Below, in pieces: positions 49,893 through 60,510 of a stretch of 64,000 bases of DNA. Positions within the stretch are counted from its first letter, which is position 1; the number at the start of each line of letters is the position of its first letter. Under the pieces are notes generated by a model that was not told where the DNA came from, made no database searches, and was given only the letters and a program-made list of their open reading frames with translations. Made by a program: the position numbers and the translations under genes. This DNA comes from a virus, in IMG/VR virus record IMGVR_UViG_3300046170_000148, positions 64,001-128,000 of that record; one strand, written 5' to 3'.

Positions 49893-51263
49893 CTACTCCA
49901 TCTTAAAATCTTTGAATCGTTCTGCGGCTTCTGACTTATCAAATGCAGGACGGTCATCGACCACGGGGTCATCTGCATCATCGTCATCAGTGAGTCGCAT
50001 CTTAGCACGGTCAACCTTCAGAGTAAACCGTTGGTATTTGGTCGGGTCGTTATATCTATTCTTCAACTGTTTGACCATAATCTTACCCATCGCATTCAGT
50101 TCGTCGTTTGAGACGAGAGCGAACATGAGGTCTGCGGTAGCGGGTAGTCCAAAAGATTCGGACGTGTCTTCAAGCCCAACATCGTCATTAGAATAACCAG
50201 AACGAGTCGTTTGCGTTGCAGACATAATCGGAACGTTGAACTCGACTGCGAGTCCTCTAAGTTCCTCTGCAATACTTTTAATGTATGAATATGAGTTGAT
50301 AGCACCGCCCATTCCTTTCATTCGTGATGACGCACAGATATTTAGATAGTCAATAAAGATGAGTTCAGGAACAAAGTTCTTCTTCAGTTTCAGTTCATTC
50401 AGCAACGCACGGAAGTGAGATGTGTTTGCCTGTCCCGTAGGATATTCTTTGATAATAAGTTTACCATTGGTCTTGGCAGATAGTGTAGACACCTTGTCAG
50501 TGAACATATCCTTTGACAGGTTCTCCAACTGGTCAATCGGAACATTCAACAGGTTCGCATCAATACGTTCTGCGATACGTTCCTCTGCCATCTCCATAGT
50601 GATATACAATACATTACGACCCTGCGACAATGCAGATGCACCCACATGACACATGAACAATGACTTACCGACACCCGTTCCTGCGAGTGCAATGTTCAGT
50701 GTCTTGTTGGGTAGACCACCTTTGGTAATCCTGTTGAACAAGTCAAGGTCAAACGGAACACGTTCTTCCTGTTGGTGATAGAAATCAAACCGTTCATCTA
50801 CATTCTCCAGATAGTCGTGACCGATGTTGGTATCAAAGGTCACACCCAGAGCCTTACTCAGAACATCAGGTATTGCGTTCTTCTGTAGGTTTGCATGTTT
50901 GCCATCAATGATAGAGATACTCTCCATCACTGCGTTGAACACTGCACGGTCTTGACACCACTTCTCAGTGCGTTCAATCAACCACTCAAGGTTCTCAGGT
51001 TCGTGTGTAAAGATGTTAGGGAGCAGTTCAACTGCGATGCGATAGTCTTCTTCACTCAGACGGTTGTTCTGGTCTATCTCAATCTTGAATGCTTCGAGAG
51101 TCGGAAGTTTATTGTAATCCGAAACAAATTTCGCAATCTCTTTGAACAGACCTTTGTAAACACCTTCGAAATAATCCGGCGCAATGAACGGAAGAACTTT
51201 ACGCATGTATTCTTCATTAGTCAGTAAATTCCTCAGAACTGTCTGTTCCAAATTGATGTTCAT
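49893..51263 (-). CDS. 41: Replicative DNA helicase (T4 gp41)
   Basis: AGTGVGKS, TMEMAEE, IDYLNIC, AEELRGLA, SESFGLPATAD and KQLKNRY motifs. Confidence 0.96.
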   Translation of the reverse strand: MNINLEQTVLRNLLTNEEYMRKVLPFIAPDYFEGVYKGLFKEIAKFVSDYNKLPTLEAFKIEIDQNNRLSEEDYRIAVELLPNIFTHEPENLEWLIERTEKWCQDRAVFNAVMESISIIDGKHANLQKNAIPDVLSKALGVTFDTNIGHDYLENVDERFDFYHQQEERVPFDLDLFNRITKGGLPNKTLNIALAGTGVGKSLFMCHVGASALSQGRNVLYITMEMAEERIAERIDANLLNVPIDQLENLSKDMFTDKVSTLSAKTNGKLIIKEYPTGQANTSHFRALLNELKLKKNFVPELIFIDYLNICASSRMKGMGGAINSYSYIKSIAEELRGLAVEFNVPIMSATQTTRSGYSNDDVGLEDTSESFGLPATADLMFALVSNDELNAMGKIMVKQLKNRYNDPTKYQRFTLKVDRAKMRLTDDDDADDPVVDDRPAFDKSEAAERFKDFKME

Positions 51264-51639
51264 TCTCTAGTTCCTCTAACATATCTTCATGGACAAGCAC
51301 TTCGCCTGTCTTATCATCACGAGCAATCATACTACCATCAGTAAGAGATGTCTCGATTATTGAATTTAGTATTCTACCACAATATTCCTGTAATGTCAAG
51401 TCTTCCATTGTCAGGTCAGGGTCAGGACTGAATACAACCTCAGAGTTGAAACTCAGATATCCGTTCTCATCTTCGGGGCCTTCACCCTCGAACTTGATGT
51501 TCCCGAAACGAATAATCGTCTCAGGAAACTCTTCAAGTATGCGAACATCCCAGTTCTTCTCATCATCTTCCTGTGGAATAATCTGATAGTGAATATCTTC
51601 ACTCAGTTTGTCTAGGTCAATCATCGTCTCTCCAACCAT
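51217..51639 (-). CDS. Acidic hypothetical protein in the gp40 position
   Basis: Lies between uvsX and gene 41, as T4 gene 40 does; synteny only. Confidence 0.5.
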   Translation of the reverse strand: MVGETMIDLDKLSEDIHYQIIPQEDDEKNWDVRILEEFPETIIRFGNIKFEGEGPEDENGYLSFNSEVVFSPDPDLTMEDLTLQEYCGRILNSIIETSLTDGSMIARDDKTGEVLVHEDMLEELENEHQFGTDSSEEFTD

Positions 51640-51687
51640 ACTGATACAACAATCACGAGACCGACAATGAAAACCAAACCTAAGAAA

Positions 51688-52723
51688 TCATTCAACGGCA
51701 TCGACAATCTCATCCATGTCTACTTTTTGCGCCAGTCCGATTGAGTATTGTGACTTGATGAACTCTGCGAAGTCTGTGTTCTCGAAGATGGGTGTCCAAA
51801 ATTCCTTCGTGAGTGTTTCCTTCTGACGAACTTTCGCCTCGTCACCAGCGACACTATACCAACCATTAGATGGTTTAACAACATAACCGCCAGCCAAAGC
51901 AACATCAAGGAGACCACTAAACTGCTGGACGCCACCTTCCCAAGAAACAGAGATAGGGATTTTACTTTTCTCTTTAACATAGCGAGACTTCTCTACATTG
52001 ATTACAAAGTGATAACCTTTGATTTCTGTGCCAACCTTGTCTTGTTGGCGACCCAGAATCCAGATGTTGTCAGCACTGTAGTAGATACCTGTGCCACCAC
52101 CTACGATGTCTTTCGGGAAGAGACCAATCTCTTTGTATGTGTGGTTGACGGCCAGCATTGGAATGTTCTTCATAGTCAGGTATGGGGTTATCATACGAAA
52201 CAAACCTTTCAATGCTTTTAGCACGAGACATATCTGCAACCGACTTTTCATTGATTGCATCTTCGAGTTCTTTCTTAGATGCAAGGTTACCAATGGAGTC
52301 GATGACAACGATGACATTATCTTCTCGTGTCAGTTCCTCAAGTTGACCAATAATGTCAAACTTGAGTTCCTCTACATTCGCAATCGGCGTATGCAGAACT
52401 CGGCTAGTGTCAATCCCGAACTGCTCGAAGTAAGATTGGGGTGAACCAAACTCACTATCATAGAAAAGCAGAACTGCATCTTTCTTCTCTCTCAGATATG
52501 CACCTGCCATAAGCAGGGCAAAAGAGGTCTTAAAGTGCTTACTTGGGCCTGCAAGGACTGTAAGTCCTGGCGTGACACCACCGTCAATACTACCAGATAG
52601 GGCAACGTTCACCATTGGAACATCTGTTTGCACCATATCTTTTTCAGTAAAGAATTTACTCTCAGACAGAATCTCCGTCGTTTTGATTTTCGAGTTCTTC
52701 TTCAGTTTGTCCATAATCGACAT
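51688..52723 (-). CDS. uvsX: RecA-like recombinase UvsX (frameshift near 52210)
   Basis: AGPSKHFKT, YDSEFG, IDSIGNLASKKE, GGGTG..YSAD and EKSRYVKEKS motifs. Confidence 0.95.
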
Positions 52724-53591
52724 TGTTTGATTCCTCACGTTCATCTAATTCATATTGTTTACGATATTGATTGTTAATACTAACACATTTGTCAAGTAAT
52801 GTCAAGCCCTTATCAAACATTGTAAAAGCTTTTGTATCTTTGGGGAAACATGCGCCCCCGAATCCACGTTTACCATCATAGCCTGGCACACGAGTGTGTC
52901 CAACACCGATACGTTCATCTCTACCAATAGCGTTTGCAACTGTTGGGAAGTTGCAACCAAATTCTTGGATTGCATCATAAAGTTGATTGAAGAAGGTAAC
53001 CTTCGTTGCGAGGAATGAGTTTACACCATACTTCACGAATGCAGCTTCAGGCCCAGACATCATAATAAATTCTTTGTTTGTGCATAGACTATACACATCA
53101 TATAGATTAGCAATATTTCTAACCGATTCTGGATGTCCACCCAGAACATGATATTCTGCTTGAATGAACTGTTCCTTCGCATTTGATTCTGTCAGGAACT
53201 CTGGATTGATTACAAGACGTTTATAATCTTCATCAAACAAAGAGTTTAGAATACGAAGAACGATATCGGGAGTAATAGTCGATTTAATAATAACAGAACC
53301 TTCTGTATGTTCCAGAAGTTTTAATGTCGCATCTTCAACTATACTCGCGTCTACAAGACCTTTACTGGTCATGGGAGTGGGCGCACAAATAAAACTCACA
53401 TGTGGTTGCCAGTCTAATAGGTCATCGATAGTTGTATTATGTTTGGGGTCAACATAAAACTTCTCGATAAGTGGATGGGTAAAGGCATAATCAACCGCAC
53501 CACCCACAAAACCATGGCCGACAATACCAATTTTCAAAGGATTATTGGTTGAGACCATATCCTCTTCACGCATTTCATTTTCTTCACTCAT
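52662..53591 (-). CDS. UDP-glucose/GDP-mannose dehydrogenase family protein (lacks the C-terminal domain)
   Basis: IVGHGFVG, PTP, IKST, NPEFL, KY..NSFLA.KV.F.N and GFGGACFPKD motifs. Confidence 0.88.
   Translation of the reverse strand: MSEENEMREEDMVSTNNPLKIGIVGHGFVGGAVDYAFTHPLIEKFYVDPKHNTTIDDLLDWQPHVSFICAPTPMTSKGLVDASIVEDATLKLLEHTEGSVIIKSTITPDIVLRILNSLFDEDYKRLVINPEFLTESNAKEQFIQAEYHVLGGHPESVRNIANLYDVYSLCTNKEFIMMSGPEAAFVKYGVNSFLATKVTFFNQLYDAIQEFGCNFPTVANAIGRDERIGVGHTRVPGYDGKRGFGGACFPKDTKAFTMFDKGLTLLDKCVSINNQYRKQYELDEREESNNVDYGQTEEELENQNDGDSV
52777..52805 (-). promoter_or_regulatory. sigma70-type promoter for uvsX inside the upstream gene, TTGACA-17-TAGTAT
   Basis: Read directly; a second TTGACA sits in the spacer. 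Confidence 0.55.
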
Positions 53592-54529
53592 TAATTCACT
53601 CCGTAATATTCTTTATACCAACGAACAAATGCCTCGACACCTTGTTCGATATTCACAACGGGTTCGTAACCCAACTTTTTTAATTTACCCGTATCACTCC
53701 AAGTCTCTAGAGTGTCGGCGGGATGACGAGGCGCAAGTTTGATATCCGCCTCTCTTCCCAATTCTTTACTTATACACTTGATAAAGTGCATCAGTTCTAC
53801 CTGTTTACCGCGACCAATGTTATAGATTTCATTAGTTGGTGTATCACCAAACAAGATTGTTTTAATACCACTCACGATATCACCGACATAGGTGAAGTCG
53901 CGTTTCATGTCACCATAGTTAAAAGCCTGAATCGTTTTACCCTTCACAATACTATCGGTGAACTGAAACAATGCCATGTCTGGGCGACCCCACGGGCCAT
54001 ATACGGTAAAGAACCGAAGACCCACATTGTTCAAACCAGAAATTTTGAACTGACATTCGTTGGTATACTTAGTATATGCATATGGATTCAACTGATGACC
54101 AGTCACTTGGTCTTCTACCCAACCTGTAGGTGGTATAGGTGTTCCCCCATATACAGAACTAGTTGAAGCATAGATGACCTTCTGCACATTATATAGTTTA
54201 CACACCTCAATTAGGTTTTGTGTTCCGTCAATGTTATCTGCATGATACAAACGTTCTTTACCAACCGAATCTCTCACTCCAGCCCGTGCGGCAAGGTGGA
54301 TAACGATATGAGGTTTGATTACATTAAACGCTTGGTCAAGGTCATCAAAGTCCTTGAGGTCACAATCATATACTTCGTGTCCAAAGTATTCCACACGGTT
54401 CTTCTTGAGTGCAGGGTCATAGTATGTGTTATAGTTATCGAGTCCGACAACATCGAACCCGTCCTCCAAAAGGGAATCCGCAAGGTGACTCGCGATGAAC
54501 CCAGCACCCCCTGTTATTAGTATTCTCAT
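53591..54529 (-). CDS. NAD-dependent epimerase, UDP-glucuronate 4-epimerase-like
   Basis: GGAGFI, YYDP.LK, HLAARAGVR, YAYTK and RFFTVYGPWGRPDMA motifs. Confidence 0.9.
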   Translation of the reverse strand: MRILITGGAGFIASHLADSLLEDGFDVVGLDNYNTYYDPALKKNRVEYFGHEVYDCDLKDFDDLDQAFNVIKPHIVIHLAARAGVRDSVGKERLYHADNIDGTQNLIEVCKLYNVQKVIYASTSSVYGGTPIPPTGWVEDQVTGHQLNPYAYTKYTNECQFKISGLNNVGLRFFTVYGPWGRPDMALFQFTDSIVKGKTIQAFNYGDMKRDFTYVGDIVSGIKTILFGDTPTNEIYNIGRGKQVELMHFIKCISKELGREADIKLAPRHPADTLETWSDTGKLKKLGYEPVVNIEQGVEAFVRWYKEYYGVN

Positions 54530-55461
54530 TATCCGTTCCTATAAATGTATTCGAGAGCTCTGTCTGCTTCTTTATCTAGTGGTCGGTTTTCATACCAGTT
54601 GCCAGTCTCACGGTCTAACTCACCACACATCTCAGATATCTGTGAGGCAGTGATAGGATAACCTTTGGATACTGCGTTACCCGCAACCGCAACCATAATC
54701 TGATACATCTTGTGATACCAACCAGTCCCAGCAATAGACCGATACTCCTGTTCTAACTTCTTAGGAAAGAACGGACAGTCGCGATATGATGTCCAACTAT
54801 AGTCGGTGTTATCTAGGGAGTTCTTACGATGCTCCATAACTGCCTTCTGTAGTGCGGGTGGTAGTCTGTCCATAAAGGTCTTACCCTGCGTCTCAACATA
54901 CGAGTGTTTGTCCATCAACATATCAGGGTCGAGTTTGACACCATCGTTGGTGAAGATGAAACTATGTGCGTTAGGATACTGGGCGGGAACATAATACATA
55001 CGCGACAGGTCTTTGGTCTGTTCGTCACCCAGACCTTTGAACTGTTTGTTCATTGCGAACCAGAAATGAGATAAGTCCTTTGACTCTACACATCGAGTGA
55101 GGGGGAAGACGAGTCGAAACTTGGGGTGGGACTCTGTGGAAGATGCGGTTGAATAACATACATAATAATATTGTCCAAACATTCCTCTAAGGTCGGACTC
55201 CAAGTCCTGTCGAGGAATGTAAGCGTCAACATCAAGACAAGCCCAACCACCCCAATACTCAACGTTCTTATTAGACCTTGTTCCCTCAGTAACATAACGA
55301 GCAGGACTAATGAGAGGAGAACTGTTACTACCACCTTTCTCACCTTTCTGATTTGACAAAGAATACAGTAATGACTCAAACTCATCCCATGTGTCGAACT
55401 CTTGGACACGATGAGTCTTGTTGTCAAACGTATTCTTGAATATAGTTAGAGAGTATTTCAT
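54529..55461 (-). CDS. Primase-polymerase (AEP)-like protein
   Basis: LDVD, YSTASS...PKFRLVFPL and D..TKDLSRMYYVP motifs; helical C-terminal domain. Confidence 0.65.
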   Translation of the reverse strand: MKYSLTIFKNTFDNKTHRVQEFDTWDEFESLLYSLSNQKGEKGGSNSSPLISPARYVTEGTRSNKNVEYWGGWACLDVDAYIPRQDLESDLRGMFGQYYYVCYSTASSTESHPKFRLVFPLTRCVESKDLSHFWFAMNKQFKGLGDEQTKDLSRMYYVPAQYPNAHSFIFTNDGVKLDPDMLMDKHSYVETQGKTFMDRLPPALQKAVMEHRKNSLDNTDYSWTSYRDCPFFPKKLEQEYRSIAGTGWYHKMYQIMVAVAGNAVSKGYPITASQISEMCGELDRETGNWYENRPLDKEADRALEYIYRNG

Positions 55462-55467
55462 TATGTA

Positions 55468-55496
55468 ATAATACCACAATCAAGCAATTTTGTCAA
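55468..55496 (-). promoter_or_regulatory. sigma70-type promoter TTGACA-17-TATTAT with a leaderless start
   Basis: ATG at 55461, 6 nt after the -10. Confidence 0.75.
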
Positions 55497-55986
55497 GCAT
55501 GAATACAACAATCACACAACGGTCTTGGTCAGTCAAGTCTGGCATATGTAACTCTTGACCATTATACCAGACAAATCGATTTTCTTTGAACTCCACAAGT
55601 TCACCGTTGTAATATGTCCCAGTGTTGCCCCATAGGTAAATGACACCGGCCCACGGATATGTATCCCTGTGTGGTGTCAGTGCCTGTTCTGCATTTTGTT
55701 GTAACCACTCTTTCTCTTTTCCGTCTATACGATAGAAGTGGAGTCGGTCAACTATCTTGTCCGTTGTCTCTTCAATCTTGCGAGTCACTTCAGGATAATT
55801 TGTTTTGATATCAAGAGTGCGGAGACCTGTCCATCCCTCTTCAATATTCATCAAGAAGTTTGAAGAACTTAATGTCTGATATTGTAATTGTTCGGCTTGT
55901 CTACGGATATACCAGAAATTATCAAGAAAGTCATCGTGTATATTCAAATCATCAGTCATTATAGAATAATTCAAAGTCCCTTGCAT
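55480..55986 (-). CDS. 2OG-Fe(II) oxygenase-like protein
   Basis: PHRD...AGVIYL...NRFVWY....H.....R motif. Confidence 0.7.
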   Translation of the reverse strand: MQGTLNYSIMTDDLNIHDDFLDNFWYIRRQAEQLQYQTLSSSNFLMNIEEGWTGLRTLDIKTNYPEVTRKIEETTDKIVDRLHFYRIDGKEKEWLQQNAEQALTPHRDTYPWAGVIYLWGNTGTYYNGELVEFKENRFVWYNGQELHMPDLTDQDRCVIVVFMLDKIA

Positions 55987-56479
55987 ATGCTTGTTCTACT
56001 AACGATTTTTCTGTGGTGGTCAGTTCTCTGGGGTGATACTTACCGACCATGTTTCGGCCTAGTTCCATACCAAAGTCCTTCTCCATCTCACTCAGGTTCT
56101 CAAATCGATATATCTTATCGACATCTATCTTACCGTTGCGAGTCACATAGTGTGCTTGGTCGTAGATTATGTATGGTGTTTTCTTTTTCTTAAAACCATA
56201 CCCCTTCGGTTCGATGACGGTTCTCAGAAAGTCTTCGAGTGACTCAAACTTCTGTCCCTGTCTCTGTGCGTGATAGTAATAACTCTGTGCGCGAGAGTAT
56301 GGATTACGAACCACCGCGAAACTGTGGGCATCTGATATGTCATTGAGATACCTCAGTTCATTGATTGACTCATGATGCAGACCCGACAGTCGATTCCAGT
56401 TCTCATGTCCGTTTTCAACTAACCAGTTCCACACACTTGTTCCTGCTGTCTTGGGAATGTGAACAAACAGCAACTTCAT
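55952..56479 (-). CDS. Sulfotransferase family 2 protein
   Basis: FVHIPKTAGTS, VRNPYSR..S.Y, RFENL and Y.RDFELF motifs. Confidence 0.88.
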   Translation of the reverse strand: MKLLFVHIPKTAGTSVWNWLVENGHENWNRLSGLHHESINELRYLNDISDAHSFAVVRNPYSRAQSYYYHAQRQGQKFESLEDFLRTVIEPKGYGFKKKKTPYIIYDQAHYVTRNGKIDVDKIYRFENLSEMEKDFGMELGRNMVGKYHPRELTTTEKSLVEQAYARDFELFYND

Positions 56480-57159
56480 AGAGGATACCTGTCAGTCAGT
56501 ATGTGAACCCTATCAACAGGACTTGCGTTTCTCACACCGTGTCTACCCACGATGTTATTGAGTTCGTATATCTTACCCTTTTCCAGATTCCATGTTTCAC
56601 CGCTGTGTCTGAACTTCACGTCAGGATGTGTAATCAAAGGAATGTGATACCTCTTGGTGCGTTGAAAGATTTTGAAGTCTGGTTTGTCGATGTGGTCTGG
56701 TATGATTTTACCTGACGGTAGGTTTACCAAGATACCTGTCACCATCTTGGCAGGGCCTTCTATCTCATCGAGGTATGCATATATTCTATCCAGTTCCTCT
56801 TTGTATTCTTCGTAAGGAGGAAATACTTTTATGTCATTGAACTCATCATCTTTGTCAGGGTCATACCCACTGATGTTATGACACCACTGAAACGGGACAG
56901 CACGAGCATCTTTGTGAACACTCTTCTGTCGTTGTTTCCATTCATCCCACTCTTCGGGTGTAATGCGAGAGACCCGTTCTGCAAGTGCATCAACGTTTAT
57001 CTCACCCACTACACGGAGTGTCCAATCAGGTTTGGTTCTGTAAAGTTTAGGCAAAGAACATATCCAACTGTGCTTTAGGTTCGGCAGACCAACCAACCGC
57101 ATCGAGGATTGGTTCGAGTGGGTCAAGGAAGGTCTTCTCGAACATTGTCTTATAGTCAA
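56476..57159 (-). CDS. Aspartyl/asparaginyl beta-hydroxylase-like 2OG-Fe oxygenase (true start probably near 57070)
   Basis: [24 protein letters not shown] and DRVH motifs. Confidence 0.8.
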   Translation of the reverse strand: MTIRQCSRRPSLTHSNQSSMRLVGLPNLKHSWICSLPKLYRTKPDWTLRVVGEINVDALAERVSRITPEEWDEWKQRQKSVHKDARAVPFQWCHNISGYDPDKDDEFNDIKVFPPYEEYKEELDRIYAYLDEIEGPAKMVTGILVNLPSGKIIPDHIDKPDFKIFQRTKRYHIPLITHPDVKFRHSGETWNLEKGKIYELNNIVGRHGVRNASPVDRVHILTDRYPL

Positions 57160-59507
57160 TGTATTTATCCAGTGACAGTTCGCGAGGCAAGTTCACAGGA
57201 TAAGAGATGACATTCTCCTTGATAGGATTGGGAGTCTTGAGATAGACGAACTTAATCTTCTCACCATTCTTGATAGTCTCATACCGCATACCTTTGGTGT
57301 GGTGATTGAACAACAACGCACCCCGCACATGGATAGGTGTCCCCTTCATGTAGATAGAGTCACGGTCTTTCCACTTGTTAACCGCACTGACCCCACGAGG
57401 GAACGATACATCCTCGGCGGGTAAGGCTGTTGAACTCACTGCGGAAGTTAGAGATAAACTTCTGTGTATCAACCTCAGTCCCCTCGATAATCACACGGAA
57501 GATTTCTTTGAACTTATCGCGCACGACCATCGGGGTCGATGACTTGACCGCTTCGATACCCATCATCTTGAGTTTGGGTTGTGCATACTGCACACCCTCA
57601 GAGTTGTGAACATTGAGAATGTATCGTTTCTTTGCAACCCAGATAGCACGGTCAGCAATCACCTCACGACCCATCTCCATACGATTGATGTATGCGTTGG
57701 TATACTGTGCGAGTTCATCATAAGACTTCTCAAGAACCTTCTCAAAATGTTCACGACAAATCTTGTCAAGAAACTTCACAGGTTCTTTGGGGTCAAACTT
57801 CTTGACCAGTTTAGACATATTGATATAGAGCGAGTCAGTGTCAATGGCAATTACATAGTCATCATCGGTAGAAAGGAGATTATTCATTTCCGTGTTGACT
57901 GCGCGTTCTGCCCATTTGATTGACAACTGACCCGCAAGTGTGATGGACTCCGCGACCCTTTGGTCAAAGTAACGAAACCATCGATTACCCAACGCACCAT
58001 AGAGACTGTTCATGAGGATTTTAATAGCCATCTGTTGGTTGTCGAGTTGAGAGATTTTATTGGAGAGAGACTTGGTAGGTGTCTGTTCGTATTCCTGTTG
58101 TGCCTCAAGCATCTCCTTCTTGATGACACGGCGTTCACTGTAATACTGACGAATGATACTAGGGATGACACCTTCCTTGTCGTGACGGAAACGCACACCC
58201 GAAGGGGCAAGTGCATAGTTCTGGTCACGGGGAGTCTGTTGACGCAACATGCGTTCAACCGATGTGTCAGACAGACCATCAACCACAGTCTCAGGTGACA
58301 TGTTGTATTGCACAATGATGTTCGGATACAGAGAGTTCAGGTCAAAGGATGTGACCCACTCGTGCGACCCGACTTGGGGGTCTTTTACATACCCACCTTC
58401 ATAGTCACCTTTGGACTTCTCAACCTTCGGGGGAACTGCGACCTTCTGTTGGTTCAACAGACGATACAGGATTGTATCCCAGATAGTTGTAGTCCCAAGC
58501 ACGTCCTCATAGTTCACACCACCACGATAGGCCATCGTGAATGCGAGAGTGATGATACCCAACTTCTCTTCCAACTTGTCCACCAGTTCAACGTCCTTGA
58601 TGTTGTAGTCAATAAACTTCTGGTGGTCTTGCTTATAGAGAGTGTGGAGATTACCATACTCTTCATACGATAGTTTGCTCTCACCCAGAACAACATTCGC
58701 AATGTGGTCGAGTCGATAGGACTCTTGTTGTCCAAGCGTGTTGTAGGTGAACTTACGAAACAAATCAAAGTAGTCAAGTTGTGCGATACCCATCAAGTCA
58801 TAAGTGTCAACATCATTCATGCCAAACTTGTTTGCACGAATTTTACGAGGCGATACCACACCCCACGGAGAGAACTTCTTGACCGACTCCTCACCAATCA
58901 CCTTGCGTGTGCGGTTGACCAGATACGGAATATCAAACTGTTTACTGTTCCAACCAGTCACAACATCAGGTGTCCCGTGGTTAGACCAGTAGTTCAGGAA
59001 TGTGAGAAACAAGTCGAGTTCAGACTCACACTTGTTGTAGATAGTATCCTCACGAGGCTCATAGTCACCCAGACCCCACACACGATAGAAGTCTTCCTTA
59101 GATGACTTGGTGCAGATAGAGATGACAGGATAGTCTGCCTTGTCAGGTTCGGGGAATCCCTCATCAGATGCAACCTCGATATCGATTGTGGTAATCACAA
59201 TCTGGTTCTGGTCAAACTTGATGTCAGACGGGAAAGTCTCGGCAATGAACTGCGAGACGAAGTTGTTCATCCCATACACATTCACAGTGGGGACATGTTG
59301 ATATTGTTTGATGAAGTCTGTCGCATCGCGCATCGAGTCAAAGGTCATAGGCGCAACAGGTTTACCTTCGAGTGTTCTCCATTCACTCTGACCGTTGACA
59401 AACAATGTAGGTTTGAAAGGGATGCGTTTCTTGATGCGTTCTGCACCATCGTAACCGCGATACAGAATAGAGTTGCCGTATCGTTCTACGGATGTATAAA
59501 ATTTCAT
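57047..59507 (-). CDS. 43: Family B DNA polymerase (T4 gp43), frameshift near 57410
   Basis: DIE exonuclease, [24 protein letters not shown] and GTPIHVRG motifs. Confidence 0.97.
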
Positions 59508-59532
59508 ATTGTAGTCCTCATGATATAATTAC

Positions 59533-59561
59533 ATTATACACGAGTGAACGGCATTTGTCAA
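59533..59561 (-). promoter_or_regulatory. sigma70-type promoter of gene 43, TTGACA-17-TATAAT
   Basis: Perfect consensus; the -35 contains the TGA stop of ORF 59558-60343. Confidence 0.8.
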
Positions 59562-60343
59562 TCAATAATTTTGAAATAAGGACTTCTATGCCAAGGTTTT
59601 TTGTAGAGCGTCTTAGATTTTGAACCATAGGTATGTTCTTGTGTAATACCAACCGACTTACTAATAACTTGCGTTGACGGAATTGTAAAACCACTTCTGT
59701 GTTTCCACACTTTACCTATTCGGTGGTCAGGTCTAAGACTATTGTATATCAAATTTAAGTCACGCGAAGTTGTCCCATAATCAACATTATTAGAGTGGCC
59801 ATGTGTCATGAATCGATATCGTTTATCAGAGGGATATCTATCCATATATGTCTTAACCAATCTCTCAACACAACCGAAAGGCCCACCATTGAGAGGAAAC
59901 CCTTTGTTCGTTAGTAGGTCATATATTCCTAACGATGCTTCTTTTGAAAACGAGTAACATGACATGAATAGACCAAGATTAGAATAATCTAAATCATGTT
60001 CTATCGTAAAGTCTAACATCTCTTTGAATCGGTCTTCGTCTAAGAGATATGCATCATGTTCCATTACAAAGAAACGCTCATCGGACTCTGCACGTTTTCG
60101 TATCATTTCCCAATGAGAGATATCACCAGCTCTTTCAGATGAGGTAGATTCACTACCTACTTGCATCATTGTAAGAAGGGATTTCCAATTAAACTTTGAT
60201 TCTAGTTCACCTATCGTATCAGGTGTATAACACTGAACAAGTTCAATATCAAAGATATTTGTATTTTCCCAAGACTCTAGTGCAATCTCTGTATAATTCA
60301 TAGAAACAGGATTGTTGAAGTCACATAACATATACGCTTTCAT
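59558..60343 (-). CDS. Glycosyltransferase family 25-like protein
   Basis: MKAYM, CYTP, ERAG..SHW and VMEHDA motifs. Confidence 0.65.
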   Translation of the reverse strand: MKAYMLCDFNNPVSMNYTEIALESWENTNIFDIELVQCYTPDTIGELESKFNWKSLLTMMQVGSESTSSERAGDISHWEMIRKRAESDERFFVMEHDAYLLDEDRFKEMLDFTIEHDLDYSNLGLFMSCYSFSKEASLGIYDLLTNKGFPLNGGPFGCVERLVKTYMDRYPSDKRYRFMTHGHSNNVDYGTTSRDLNLIYNSLRPDHRIGKVWKHRSGFTIPSTQVISKSVGITQEHTYGSKSKTLYKKPWHRSPYFKIID

Positions 60344-60352
60344 ACAAATATA

Positions 60353-60376
60353 TAGGGGGCAGTTTCCCGCCCCCTA
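60353..60376 (-). terminator. GC-rich hairpin after the hsp20 unit
   Basis: TAGGGGGC/GCCCCCTA stem followed by TATATTT. Confidence 0.6.
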
Positions 60377-60414
60377 CCTGATTTTATAACCACGCAATAG
60401 TGATTTGTAGCTGA

Positions 60415-60495
60415 TTAGACCAACGCTGAAAGAACGATGCCCATCTCAGCAAACGCCACGGCAAGAATGCCGTAGAGAAAGTTTGAATGTGTCAT
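60415..60495 (-). CDS. 26-aa hydrophobic micro-protein (not in the ORF track)
   Basis: MTHSNFLYGILAVAFAEMGIVLSALV with a GAGG SD, directly after hsp20. Confidence 0.5.
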   Translation of the reverse strand: MTHSNFLYGILAVAFAEMGIVLSALV

Positions 60496-60510
60496 TTTGA
60501 TTTCCTCGTA

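Noticed and set aside
57047-59507. Naturally split DNA polymerase (gp43A/gp43B type)
   Set aside because: The two frames overlap in the C-terminal region with no proper RBS or start for the second piece; it matches the window-wide single-base error pattern
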